NCBI GenBank assembly: GCA_966211675.1
Contig: CBIHPK010000007.1
Span: forward strand, 24,086 to 88,085
Reading direction: 5' to 3'
DNA: 64,000 nt
Source: an uncultured Myxococcaceae bacterium
Lineage (GTDB): Bacteria > Myxococcota_A > Polyangia > Polyangiales > Ga0077539
Shown: positions 40,364-49,335 of the stretch, piece by piece
Position numbering within the stretch: the stretch's first letter is position 1
Layout: every line of letters begins with the position of its first letter
Translations under genes and position numbers: made by a program
The notes under the pieces: generated by a model
Database searches by the model: none
Seen by the model: only the letters and a program-made list of their open reading frames with translations
Told to the model about the DNA's origin: nothing

Positions 40364-41179
40364 CGCCTCCAGCGCCAGCACCCGCAGCCCCTCGCCCACC
40401 CGCACGCTCGCCGCGATCGCCCGGCTGAGCCGCTCCTTCGACCACCGCACCGCCGTGGCCAGGCGCTCGTCGTCAGGGAGACCCTCGTGCAACGCCAGAC
40501 GCCCGGTGATCAACGCCGAGAGCGTGCAGCCGCCGCCGTGGAAATCCCCCTCCATCGCCACCCTCGGCGCCCCGATGAGCTGCACCCCCGAGCGGGTGGC
40601 CAGCACGTCGATGGCGGTGGGTCCCGTGAGGTGCCCGCCCTTCACCAGCGCCGCGCGAGCGCCCAGCGCCACCAGCGCCCTCGCCGCGTCGCGAGCGTCC
40701 TCCACCGTCGTCACGCGCGCTCCGAGCAGCGCCTCGGCCTCGTCGACGTTGGGCGTCACCAACGTCGAGCGCGCCACGAGCGCCCGCATCGCCGCGAGCG
40801 CCCGATCGTCGAGCAGCCGAGCGCCCCCGTCGGTGCGCGTCGCCACGATCACCGGGTCGACCACCAGCGGCGCGGCGGGGTGCGCCTCCGACAGCTCCGC
40901 CGCCAGCGCGACGTTCTCCGTCGAGCCGAGGGCGCCGGTCTTCCAGGCGCGGATGTGTTGATGGAGGAAGATCCGCTCGGCCTGCGCGCGCACGAGCGAC
41001 GGGTCGATGGGATGGACCGACGCGAGGCCCGCGGTGGACTGCACCGTGAGCACCGCGGCGACGGCGCAACCCCAGGCGCCCGCTGCGTGGAAGGCCTTCA
41101 CGTCCGCCAGGAAGCCAGCGCCTCCGGAGGGGTCGAGGCCCGCCACGCTGAGCGCGCAGGGTCGCGCCGCGTCGGGCAC
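40325..41179 (-). CDS. thiD: Hydroxymethylpyrimidine / phosphomethylpyrimidine kinase ThiD
   Basis: 284 aa. GTG start 3 nt after the clpV stop. LSVAGLDPSGGAGFLADVKAF, VVDPVIVA, TPNVDEAEALLG, LVKGGHL, GGGCTLSALI. Confidence 0.85.
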   Translation of the reverse strand: MPDAARPCALSVAGLDPSGGAGFLADVKAFHAAGAWGCAVAAVLTVQSTAGLASVHPIDPSLVRAQAERIFLHQHIRAWKTGALGSTENVALAAELSEAHPAAPLVVDPVIVATRTDGGARLLDDRALAAMRALVARSTLVTPNVDEAEALLGARVTTVEDARDAARALVALGARAALVKGGHLTGPTAIDVLATRSGVQLIGAPRVAMEGDFHGGGCTLSALITGRLALHEGLPDDERLATAVRWSKERLSRAIAASVRVGEGLRVLALEASAEVVAPGVAGG

Positions 41180-41182
41180 GGC

Positions 41183-43924
41183 TCAGGCCTCGGCGAACTG
41201 CTCGGGCTCGTGCTCGACCTCTTCGGCGGTGTCGGGCTCGTCGGCGGCCGCGGGCGCGTGGCCGGAGCTGTCGTCGAACTCGATGCGCCAGGCGCCAGAC
41301 GGAGAGAGGCCGACGTTGAGCTTGCGGGGCAGCGGCCCCTGGGACATGTGCTCGAGCAGCACGCGGGAGACCGCGGGGATGAGCGAGCCGCGGAGGATGT
41401 GCTCGACGTTGCGGGCGCCGGTCTCGGCCTCCGTGCAGCGGCGGGTGATCTCCTCGAGGAGCTCGGGGTCGAACTTCGTCTCGATCCGGTGGCTGGTGAA
41501 GAGCCGCTTGGCGAGGCCGCTCAGGCGCATCTCCGTGATCTCCCGGAGGATCGACCGGGAGATCGGCGCGTACGGGATCACCGACATGCGGGCGAGCAGC
41601 GCGGGCTTGAAGTGCTTGCTCAGGATCGGGCGGATCTCGTTGACGACGTCCTCGACCGACGGCGGCTCCTCGCGCTCGTAGATCTTCATGATGGCGTCGG
41701 TGGCGAGGTTGCTCGTCAGGATGATGATGGTGTTGCGGAAGTTGATGTGGCGCCCCTCGCTGTCCGAGAGCGAGCCCTTGTCGAACACCTGATAGAAGAG
41801 GTTCATCACCTCGAGGTCGGCCTTCTCGCACTCGTCGAGGAGCACCACGGAGTAGGGGCGCTGGCGCACCGCCTCGGTGAGCACGCCGCCCTCGCCGTAG
41901 CCGACGTAGCCAGGCGGCGAGCCGATGAGCCGGGAGACCGAGTGCTTCTCCTGGAACTCGCTCATGTTGATCACGGTCATGAAGCGCTCGCCGCCGTACA
42001 TGGCCTCCGCGAGCGCGATCGCCGTCTCGGTCTTGCCGACGCCCGACGGACCCACGAAGAGCAGCACGCCCACCGGCTGGTTGGGGTTGTTGATCCCCGC
42101 CTGCGAGATGCGGATGGTCTCGGCCACGACGCTCATGGCGTGGTCCTGGCCGCGCACTCGCCCGCGGAGCTTGTCCTCCAGCGAGAGCAGCGTGGCGATG
42201 TCGTCCTTCTGCATCTTGCCGACGGGGATGCCCGTCCAGTTGCCGACGATCTTGGCCACGATGTCCACGTCGACGTCCGAGTGCACCAGCGCCGGCTTGC
42301 TCTTCACGCTCTCGTGCGCGGCCACCGCCGCGTCGAGCTTCGCCCTCGCCTCGGTGGTGTCCTCGCCGGGCTTGGCCGACAGCACCGCCTGCCGCGCCTC
42401 GCGCACGGCGCGTACCGCGTCGCGCTCCTTGATCCAGCGGTCGTGCGTGTCGACCCGCTTCGCCTCGGTGACCGCGATGCGCTTCACCAGCGCCTCGTAG
42501 GTCTCCTCGTCGATGACGAAGCCCGACGCCCGATCGCGCTCCAGCGCCTCGCGCTCGCGGTTCTGCGAGGCGAGGGCCACCTCCAGGTCGACCAGCTCCT
42601 CGGGCTTGGCGTCGAGGTTGATCTTCACGCGCGCGGTCGCCGTGTCGAGCAGGTCGACGGCCTTGTCCGGGAGCTGCCGGCCGGAGATGTACCGGTGCGA
42701 GAGCTTCACCGCCGCGACGATGGCCTCGTCGCGGATGGCGATGTTGTGCGCCTTCTCGAAGACCGGGCGGAGCCCGCGGATCATCTGCACCGCGTTCTCC
42801 TCCGAGGGCTCGTCGACGGCGACGGGCTGGAAGCGACGGGCGAGCGCCGCGTCCTTCTCGAAGTACTTCTTGTACTCGGACCACGTGGTGGCCGCGATGG
42901 TGCGCAGCTCGCCGCGGGCCAGCGCGGGCTTGAGCAGGTTGGCCGCGTCGCTGCCGCCCTGGGCGCCGCCCGCTCCGATGATGGTGTGCGCCTCGTCGAT
43001 GAAGAGGATGATCGGCTTGGCCGAGGACTTCACCTCGTTGATGACGTTCTTCAGGCGGTTCTCGAACTCGCCCTTCACCCCGGCGCCGGCCTGGAGCGCG
43101 CCGATGTCGAGCGAGAGCAGCTCGACGTTCTTGAGGTTCTCCGGGACGAGGCCCTGGATGATCTCGATCGCGAGGCCCTCGACCAGCGCGGTCTTGCCGG
43201 TGCCGGCCTCGCCCACGATGATCGGGTTGTTCTTCCGTCGCCGCGAGAGGATGTCCACCAGCTGGCGGATCTCCGTGTGCCGGCCGAACACCGGGTCGAT
43301 CTTCCCGTCGCGCGCCGTCTGCGGGAGGTTCTCGCCGAAGCGCGCGCGGTTCTCGGAGGTGCCCGGTGCCGCCCCTCCGGCCCACGCCGGGGCCCCCCCG
43401 CCGGGGCTCGCGGAGGCGCCCCCCGGACCGGCGACGCCGACCTCCGCGGACTCCTTGGAGCCCGCGACGATGTCCGAGAGTTCCTTGCGGAGCTGGTCTC
43501 GCGGAATGGCCTCCAGCTCGGGGAGCGTCTCCGCGCTGTACCGCCCCGGGTTGGCGATGAACTGCAGCAGCAGCGCGCCGGTGCGGAGCCGCGTGGCGTC
43601 GGTCTCCAGCGACGAGACCGTCCAGGCGTCCTCCATCCACTGGAAGAGCGAGGCCGAGAAGGTGGGCTTGCCGCCGTTGCCCACGCGCAGCCCGCTGATG
43701 GCCTTCTCCAGTCGGCCTACGAGGCGCACCCGGTCCTGATCGAACTGATGGAGGATGCCGGCGGCGTCGCCGTCCGCCGGGGAGACCAGCTCCAGCAGCA
43801 TGTGCTCGACGGTGATCTCGTAAGCGCGCGCGCTGGCGGCGCGGGACACGCTGGCCTCGAGCGCCCTGGTGGCGGTGGGGGTCAGTCTGCGAACAAGCGT
43901 CTTGGGCTCAACGAGCAGTGCCAT
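41183..43924 (-). CDS. tssH: Type VI secretion AAA+ ATPase ClpV1/TssH
   Basis: I chose ATG M26 (MALLVEPKTLVRRLTPTATRALEASVSR) in ORF 41183..43999. ClpV-type blocks: GKIDPVFGRHTEIRQLVDILSRRRKNNPIIVGEAGTGKTALVEGLA, LQAGAGVKGEFENRLKNVI, LLKPALARGELRTIAATTWSEYKKYFEKDAALARRFQPV. Second AAA domain LLFVGPSGVGKTE. Confidence 0.9.
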   Translation of the reverse strand: MALLVEPKTLVRRLTPTATRALEASVSRAASARAYEITVEHMLLELVSPADGDAAGILHQFDQDRVRLVGRLEKAISGLRVGNGGKPTFSASLFQWMEDAWTVSSLETDATRLRTGALLLQFIANPGRYSAETLPELEAIPRDQLRKELSDIVAGSKESAEVGVAGPGGASASPGGGAPAWAGGAAPGTSENRARFGENLPQTARDGKIDPVFGRHTEIRQLVDILSRRRKNNPIIVGEAGTGKTALVEGLAIEIIQGLVPENLKNVELLSLDIGALQAGAGVKGEFENRLKNVINEVKSSAKPIILFIDEAHTIIGAGGAQGGSDAANLLKPALARGELRTIAATTWSEYKKYFEKDAALARRFQPVAVDEPSEENAVQMIRGLRPVFEKAHNIAIRDEAIVAAVKLSHRYISGRQLPDKAVDLLDTATARVKINLDAKPEELVDLEVALASQNREREALERDRASGFVIDEETYEALVKRIAVTEAKRVDTHDRWIKERDAVRAVREARQAVLSAKPGEDTTEARAKLDAAVAAHESVKSKPALVHSDVDVDIVAKIVGNWTGIPVGKMQKDDIATLLSLEDKLRGRVRGQDHAMSVVAETIRISQAGINNPNQPVGVLLFVGPSGVGKTETAIALAEAMYGGERFMTVINMSEFQEKHSVSRLIGSPPGYVGYGEGGVLTEAVRQRPYSVVLLDECEKADLEVMNLFYQVFDKGSLSDSEGRHINFRNTIIILTSNLATDAIMKIYEREEPPSVEDVVNEIRPILSKHFKPALLARMSVIPYAPISRSILREITEMRLSGLAKRLFTSHRIETKFDPELLEEITRRCTEAETGARNVEHILRGSLIPAVSRVLLEHMSQGPLPRKLNVGLSPSGAWRIEFDDSSGHAPAAADEPDTAEEVEHEPEQFAEA

Positions 43925-45029
43925 GGACCTGGCCCTCCAGGGCCTTCGGTGCGGAGTCATCGTTCGCCGGGGTCGCACCATGCTCCCCGGAGACTTCATT
44001 GCCGACAGGGACGGGGACGATCACGCGGGTCTCGCGGTCGGCCCCAACGGTCACCCACGAGTCGAGGCCGAGCCGGGAGCCCTCGCCCAGCGTCGCCGAG
44101 AGGCGCAGCGACGGCGTCTCTCCAGGCGCGAGGATGAGCTCGAGGTCGAACTCCAGCGGGTCTCGCACATAGAAGGTCACCAGCTCCTTGATCTGCGCGA
44201 GGCCGTCGCCCCCCGGCAGGAAGCGCTGGAAGGCCTTCCTCTTCAGCGGCCCGAGCACCAGCCGGAACTTCCCGCCGCGGTCGAACACCCGGCGCCCGAT
44301 CGTGGCGTCGACGCCGAGGGTGGTGTTGGCGATGCCGAGGCGCAGGAGCTGCCGCTCCTCGATGGTCACCCAGCGCCCGACGAACTGCTCGACGGAGACC
44401 GGCGCGCCGATGAGCACCTCCTCCATCACGTCGGACACCGCGGCGACGAGGCCCTGCGCGGTGCGGGCGCGCGTCGCGAGCAGCGGCGCGAGCCGCAGCA
44501 GGCGGGCCAGCGAGAGGTTCACCGGCGGCGGGGCGTCGTCGAAGGTGTCGATGCCGGCGAGCGCGAGCGAGCGACGCGACCAGGGGTCGTTGGAGGTGCT
44601 GAGGTAGTCCGCGGAGAAGGAGTAGCGGGCGTGCGCGCGGTAGAAGAGCGAGATGATGCGGTGGTGGAAGACGTCGAGGAACTCCCGCTGCGCGGGGCGG
44701 TCGTGGTCCTCGTGGAGCACCTCCTCGGCCATGTACGTCGGGAGCGGGGAGACCGTCCCGGTGAGGCCGAGGAAGGTGGTGGTGATCTCGTAGACGGGCT
44801 CGTCGGGGCCGTCGCCGGTCTCGCCCGCGCGCCGCGGCCTGGACAGGATGCGGGAGACGTCGCTGGTCGCGAAGGTGAGCGACGGGTCGTGGCGGAAGCG
44901 GATGGACTCCTCGTTGACGGGACCATAGTCCCCGATGCGCGGCCCGCGGGTGGCGCGCTCGAGGAGCTCGACGGCACGATAGAACCCCACCCGGCGCGGC
45001 TGGCCGAGCAGGAGTCCGACCAGGCCCAT
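43908..45029 (-). CDS. tssG: Type VI secretion baseplate subunit TssG
   Basis: I chose ATG M13 (MGLVGLLLGQPRRVGFYRAVELLER), which shares 1 nt with the tssF stop (TGATG). The blocks FYRAVELLE, IRFRHDPSLTF and TFLGLTGTVSPLP are typical of TssG. The 3' end overlaps the clpV start by 17 nt. Confidence 0.85.
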   Translation of the reverse strand: MGLVGLLLGQPRRVGFYRAVELLERATRGPRIGDYGPVNEESIRFRHDPSLTFATSDVSRILSRPRRAGETGDGPDEPVYEITTTFLGLTGTVSPLPTYMAEEVLHEDHDRPAQREFLDVFHHRIISLFYRAHARYSFSADYLSTSNDPWSRRSLALAGIDTFDDAPPPVNLSLARLLRLAPLLATRARTAQGLVAAVSDVMEEVLIGAPVSVEQFVGRWVTIEERQLLRLGIANTTLGVDATIGRRVFDRGGKFRLVLGPLKRKAFQRFLPGGDGLAQIKELVTFYVRDPLEFDLELILAPGETPSLRLSATLGEGSRLGLDSWVTVGADRETRVIVPVPVGNEVSGEHGATPANDDSAPKALEGQVHGTAR

Positions 45030-46780
45030 CACAGGATCGGCTGCTGGCCGCTCTTTGCCTTCCACGAATACTCCGCTTGCGAGGGGTGCGTCTTCACGCT
45101 CAGCTCGCTGAAGGTGTTGATGCCCGCGTGCGCCGCGAGCACCTCATCGATCACGGACGCGAACAGGTACAGGTCGCCGTCCCCGGAGAAGCTGTTCTCG
45201 TCGAGCTCGAGGGTCGTGCCCACGCCTCGCACGGGGACGCCCTTCACCAGACGCTCGACCGGGCGGGTGCGCACCTCGCGGATCCCTTCGATGCGCAGCC
45301 GGTTGGCTCGCGCGGCCTGCCGATCGACCGCCGCGAGGAAGTTGTAGAGGTCGAGGATCGCCCGCAGCGACTGCCGGTCGGCGAGCGCGCGGTAGTTGAG
45401 CGCGAGGTGCGAGATGAGCCGCCAGTGGAGCGCCTGGCCGAAGGGCGGGCGCACCGGGACGGTGACCGGGGTGACGTTCTTGAATCGGGCGAAGGGCGGA
45501 GAGCCCGGCGCGGCCATGCAGATGTCGCCGACCTTGAGCTGCGAGGGCAGTCCGCGGTTGGTGCACATCAGCTCGATGGAGAGCGTCTCCTCGATGGCCC
45601 CGGCGGGCACGTCGCGCGGGGTCTGCACCGAGAGCCACGAGTCGATGCCGTCGTCGAGCGGCGAGTTGCTGCGCCGCACCCGGTAGTACGAGGGGACGTC
45701 GTCCGGCGTGGAGGCGTGGACGAAGTCGAAGAAGGGCTTGTACTCGCGGCGGTCGCTGCGGCCCGCCTGGAGCCCGCTGACCTTCTCGATGGAGTAGATC
45801 TCCATGTGCCGCGGGTCGACCTCGCTCGCGCGCAGCAGGTACTCGTGCTGCGTCGGGTCGAGCTTCAACGGATCGGCGTCGACCGCGAAGAGGTTGATCA
45901 CCGGGGCGCAGTGGAGCTTCATCAGGTCGCGCGAGAGGCGCGTCGGCAGCGCCGGGGGGCGCTCGAACTGGAAGACGATCTCGAAGCGGTCTTCGGCCCG
46001 CGAGACCGCCGCGTCGAGGCCTCGCACGTCGATGAAATTGAACTTCGCCGGGAGCGTGAAGTACTCCTGCAGCAGGCGAAACCCGCCGGGCGCGAACTTC
46101 GGCCAAGGGAGCATGGCGCAGCGCTCCTCGAAGCCCGCGGCGCGCACCGACCCCTTGCCGATCTCGATGCCCTTGGCGCCGGACGAGAGCCCGCGCACGG
46201 ACACGGACTTCAGGTGCTGCATCATCCAGAGCATCACCATGGTGCAGACCTGCGCCTCACCGTGGAGGTAGAGCCGGATGCCGTCGGGGTGGAAGACCGC
46301 CGCCCTCCCCGCCTCGTGCGTCTGGAACTGCACCCGGATGGTCGGCATCGACGGCTGCGCCGTGTCGTGGACGACGTCGGTGATCTGCAGCGGCAGCAGG
46401 TCGACGTCCGCGGTGGTGCGGAAGCGACACATCGTCCCCTCGACCGGGTTGGCCGCGAGCTCGGTGTTGCGCGCGACGCGCTGCCGGGTGCGCAGCGCCC
46501 CCGCCACGGGGGTGAACTCCACGATGGAGCAGGCAGGCAGCGTGCGGAGGTAGTGCGGGAGCAGCAGGTCCGTGAGGGTGTGGATGACCTCCGGGACGTC
46601 GTCGTCGAGGCGCTCGCGGATGCGCGCCGTGAGGAAGGCGAAGCCCTCCATCAGTCGCTCGACATCGGGGTCGCCGCCGCGCTCGGACAACATCCCCGCC
46701 ACGGCCGGGTAGGCCTTGCCGAACTCCTTGCCGAGCTCGCGGAGGTAGGTCAGCTCGCTCTGGTAGTACTTGCTGAACAA
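45029..46780 (-). CDS. tssF: Type VI secretion baseplate subunit TssF
   Basis: 583 aa with a TTG start. N-terminus FSKYYQSELTYLRELGKEFGKAYPAVAGML ... VERLMEGFAFLTARI matches the canonical TssF (ImpG/VasA) N-terminus. Confidence 0.9.
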   Translation of the reverse strand: MFSKYYQSELTYLRELGKEFGKAYPAVAGMLSERGGDPDVERLMEGFAFLTARIRERLDDDVPEVIHTLTDLLLPHYLRTLPACSIVEFTPVAGALRTRQRVARNTELAANPVEGTMCRFRTTADVDLLPLQITDVVHDTAQPSMPTIRVQFQTHEAGRAAVFHPDGIRLYLHGEAQVCTMVMLWMMQHLKSVSVRGLSSGAKGIEIGKGSVRAAGFEERCAMLPWPKFAPGGFRLLQEYFTLPAKFNFIDVRGLDAAVSRAEDRFEIVFQFERPPALPTRLSRDLMKLHCAPVINLFAVDADPLKLDPTQHEYLLRASEVDPRHMEIYSIEKVSGLQAGRSDRREYKPFFDFVHASTPDDVPSYYRVRRSNSPLDDGIDSWLSVQTPRDVPAGAIEETLSIELMCTNRGLPSQLKVGDICMAAPGSPPFARFKNVTPVTVPVRPPFGQALHWRLISHLALNYRALADRQSLRAILDLYNFLAAVDRQAARANRLRIEGIREVRTRPVERLVKGVPVRGVGTTLELDENSFSGDGDLYLFASVIDEVLAAHAGINTFSELSVKTHPSQAEYSWKAKSGQQPIL

Positions 46781-46887
46781 GCTTCGTCTGCTCCCGTAGC
46801 GGCGGACTGTAACAGTCCTCCAGCGAAGACGTCATCCCTTCGTCAGCGGGCAGCGAAGGGCCGGGAGCTCCCTCCCCGGGGCCCGGC

Positions 46888-48267
46888 ATGCTAAGTCCAC
46901 CGGCCCTCGTGAAACGCGCCAACCACCCCACCGTTCTGTCGTTGCTGCTGCTCGCCGGGTGCAGCTCCTCGTCGTCTGCGCAGGACCGCCCGCCGTCCCC
47001 CGGTCGCCCGGTCGCCGCGCCCGTGGCCGAGCCCGTCGCCGCGCACCCGCCACCCGCTGCCGCGCCTGCGGCCCCGTCGCCGTCGGGGATTCCTCGCGAC
47101 CTCAACGTCGTGATGATCTCCATCGACAGCCTCCGGGCCGACATGCCGTGGGCGGGCTATCCGCGGCCGATCGCTCCCTTCCTCACGGCCCTGGAGGCCC
47201 AATCGGTCTCGTACACCCGCGCGTACTCGGCCTCGTCGTACACCTCGCAGAGCGTCGGAGGCTTCCTCGGCGGCCGGCTCCCGAGCGAGCTCCGCCGCGA
47301 CGGCTACTTCTTCGGAACCTACCCCAGCCGGGTGATCTTCTTCCCCGAGCGCCTGCAGGCCGCGGGCATCCGCACCATCGCCGCGCAGTCCCACGGATAC
47401 TTCCGCGCGGGCCACGCGGGCTTCGAGCAGGGCTTCGACACCTGGCGCATGGTCCCCGGCACGCACTGGAACGCCACCACCGACGTGGACATCACCGGCG
47501 AGCAGCACGCCGACCTCGCGATCCGACTTCTCTCCGAGCCGGCCAACACCTCGGGGCGCTTCTTCGCGTGGTTCCATTTCATGGACCCGCACGACCAGTA
47601 CCAGTCGCACCCCGGCATCAACTACGGCCGCCGGATGCGCGACCGCTACGACGGCGAGGTCACCTTCGCCGACCGCCAGGTCGAGCGCCTCGTGACCTTC
47701 ATCCGCTCGCAGCCCTACGGCGCCCGCACCGCGATCGTCATCACCGCCGACCACGGCGAGAGCTTCGGCGAGCACGGCCACTACCGCCACGCCTTCCAGG
47801 TCTGGCAGCAACTGGTGCGCGTGCCGTGGTTCTTCTCCATCCCCGGCGTCGCGCCCCGGCGCATCGCCGCCAGCCGCAGCCACGTCGACCTCGCGCCCAC
47901 CATCCTCGAGCTCTTCGGCCTCCCCCCGGAGCCCGAGTTCACCGGCCACTCGCTCGTCCCGGAGTTTCGCGGCGCCGAGCCCGAGGAGCGCGACGTCTGG
48001 GTCGACCTCGCCCGCACCGGCAACAATGACCGCCGCCGCGCGCTCATCCACGGCCCCTACAAGCTCACCGCCTACGGCGACGACTCGCGCTTCGAGCTCT
48101 ACGACGTCGAGGCCGACCCGGGCGAGCTCACCAACCTCGCCCGCACCCGCCCCGACGTCTACGCCGCCATGGTGCAGCGCTACCGCGAGGCGCAGCCCCG
48201 CATCCGCAACGAGCACGTCTACGGCTGCCGCACGCTCACCGGCGCCCCGCCCGGCCGCGGCTGGTAG
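46888..48267 (+). CDS. Sulfatase-like hydrolase/transferase lipoprotein (alkaline phosphatase superfamily)
   Basis: 459 aa. Lipobox LLLLAGC. NVVMISIDSLRAD metal-binding block. HFMDPHDQY. ITADHGESFGEHG. The nucleophile region reads SSYTSQSVGGFLGGR, i.e. Thr rather than the C/S-x-P-x-R FGly motif (alignment by eye). Confidence 0.75.
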   Translation: MLSPPALVKRANHPTVLSLLLLAGCSSSSSAQDRPPSPGRPVAAPVAEPVAAHPPPAAAPAAPSPSGIPRDLNVVMISIDSLRADMPWAGYPRPIAPFLTALEAQSVSYTRAYSASSYTSQSVGGFLGGRLPSELRRDGYFFGTYPSRVIFFPERLQAAGIRTIAAQSHGYFRAGHAGFEQGFDTWRMVPGTHWNATTDVDITGEQHADLAIRLLSEPANTSGRFFAWFHFMDPHDQYQSHPGINYGRRMRDRYDGEVTFADRQVERLVTFIRSQPYGARTAIVITADHGESFGEHGHYRHAFQVWQQLVRVPWFFSIPGVAPRRIAASRSHVDLAPTILELFGLPPEPEFTGHSLVPEFRGAEPEERDVWVDLARTGNNDRRRALIHGPYKLTAYGDDSRFELYDVEADPGELTNLARTRPDVYAAMVQRYREAQPRIRNEHVYGCRTLTGAPPGRGW

Positions 48268-48274
48268 CCTTTTA

Positions 48275-49255
48275 CTAGCGCTGGTATTCGCCGGGCCGGT
48301 AGCGCCCGAGGTTGTCGCGCATCCACGCCGCGAAGCGCGCGACGCCGGCCTCCAGCGACACCTCCGCCCGCCAGCCCAGCAGCGCCGCCGCCCGCGAGGG
48401 GTCGCCCAGAAGGCGCTCGACCTCGCTCGCCGCGGGGCGCAGCCGCTCCTCGGCGCTCACGATCTCCACGGTCGTCCCGAGCACCCGCATGCAGAGCGCC
48501 GCGAGCTCGCCCACGGAGATCTCCCTCCCGGTCGCGAGCTGCACCGTCTGCCCGAGCGCCTCGTCCCGCTCCGCCGCCAGCATGAACCCGCGCACCGTGT
48601 CCGCCACGTTCACGAGGTCGCGCGTCGGCGTGAGCTTGCCCAGGTGAAGCGACCGACCGGCGAGCACCTGCGTGAGGATCGTCGGCAGCACCGCCCTCGT
48701 CGACTGCCGCGGCCCGTAGGTGTTGAAGGGCCGCACGGTCACCGCGCGCAGGCCGAAGGAGCGCACGAAGCTCTCGACGCACTGGTCCGCGGCGATCTTG
48801 CTCGCAGCGTAGGGCGACTGCCCGACCAGCGGGTGCGCCTCGGTGATGGGGACGAACTGCGCGGTGCCATACACCTCGCTCGTGGAGGTGTGGATCATCC
48901 GCGCGCCGCCCGCGTCGAGGCAGGCCTGCGCCACGTGGAGCGTCGAGAGCAGGTTGTTGCTGAAGACCTGCGAGGCGCACTGGTACGAGTAGGGGATCGC
49001 GATCAGCGAGGCGAGGTGGAAGGCCACGTCGCAGCCCCGCACGAGGCCGCGGGTGAAGAAGGGGTCCGTGAGGTCGCCGGCGACGACCTCGACCTGCGAG
49101 AGCACCTCGGCCGGGAGCTGCTCCAGCGCGCCGCGGTCGCCGCGGGCGTTGTAGCGGACCAGCGCGCGGACCGCGTCTCCGCGACGCACGAGGGCCTCCA
49201 CGAGGTGGCTGCCGATGAAACCTCCAGCCCCGGTCACGAGTGCTCGTCGCTGCAT
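48275..49255 (-). CDS. NAD-dependent sugar-nucleotide epimerase/dehydratase (SDR family)
   Basis: I chose ATG M7 (MQRRALVTGAGGFIGSHLVEAL). Catalytic YAASKIAADQ. STSEVYG. Confidence 0.85.
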   Translation of the reverse strand: MQRRALVTGAGGFIGSHLVEALVRRGDAVRALVRYNARGDRGALEQLPAEVLSQVEVVAGDLTDPFFTRGLVRGCDVAFHLASLIAIPYSYQCASQVFSNNLLSTLHVAQACLDAGGARMIHTSTSEVYGTAQFVPITEAHPLVGQSPYAASKIAADQCVESFVRSFGLRAVTVRPFNTYGPRQSTRAVLPTILTQVLAGRSLHLGKLTPTRDLVNVADTVRGFMLAAERDEALGQTVQLATGREISVGELAALCMRVLGTTVEIVSAEERLRPAASEVERLLGDPSRAAALLGWRAEVSLEAGVARFAAWMRDNLGRYRPGEYQR

Positions 49256-49335
49256 GGAGCGCACCGATATCACCGGTGCATGGAGAGCGGCCAGCGCGCG
49301 TTGCCAAGTAAGAAGTGCGGCGTTAGCGTGCGGAT

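Noticed and set aside
38806-41179. A prophage or mobile element around the recT-like gene.
   Set aside because: No integrase, transposase, terminase, structural gene, tRNA target or flanking direct repeat is visible. The neighbours are the rluA-family gene and thiD, so no mobile_element feature was called.
46781-47144. Minus-strand ORFs 46832..47053 (73 aa) and 46257..47144 (295 aa) upstream of tssF, considered as a candidate tssE.
   Set aside because: Both are Arg/Pro/Gly-rich and overlap the well-supported sulfatase-like gene or tssF itself. They show no gp25/lysozyme-like TssE features.
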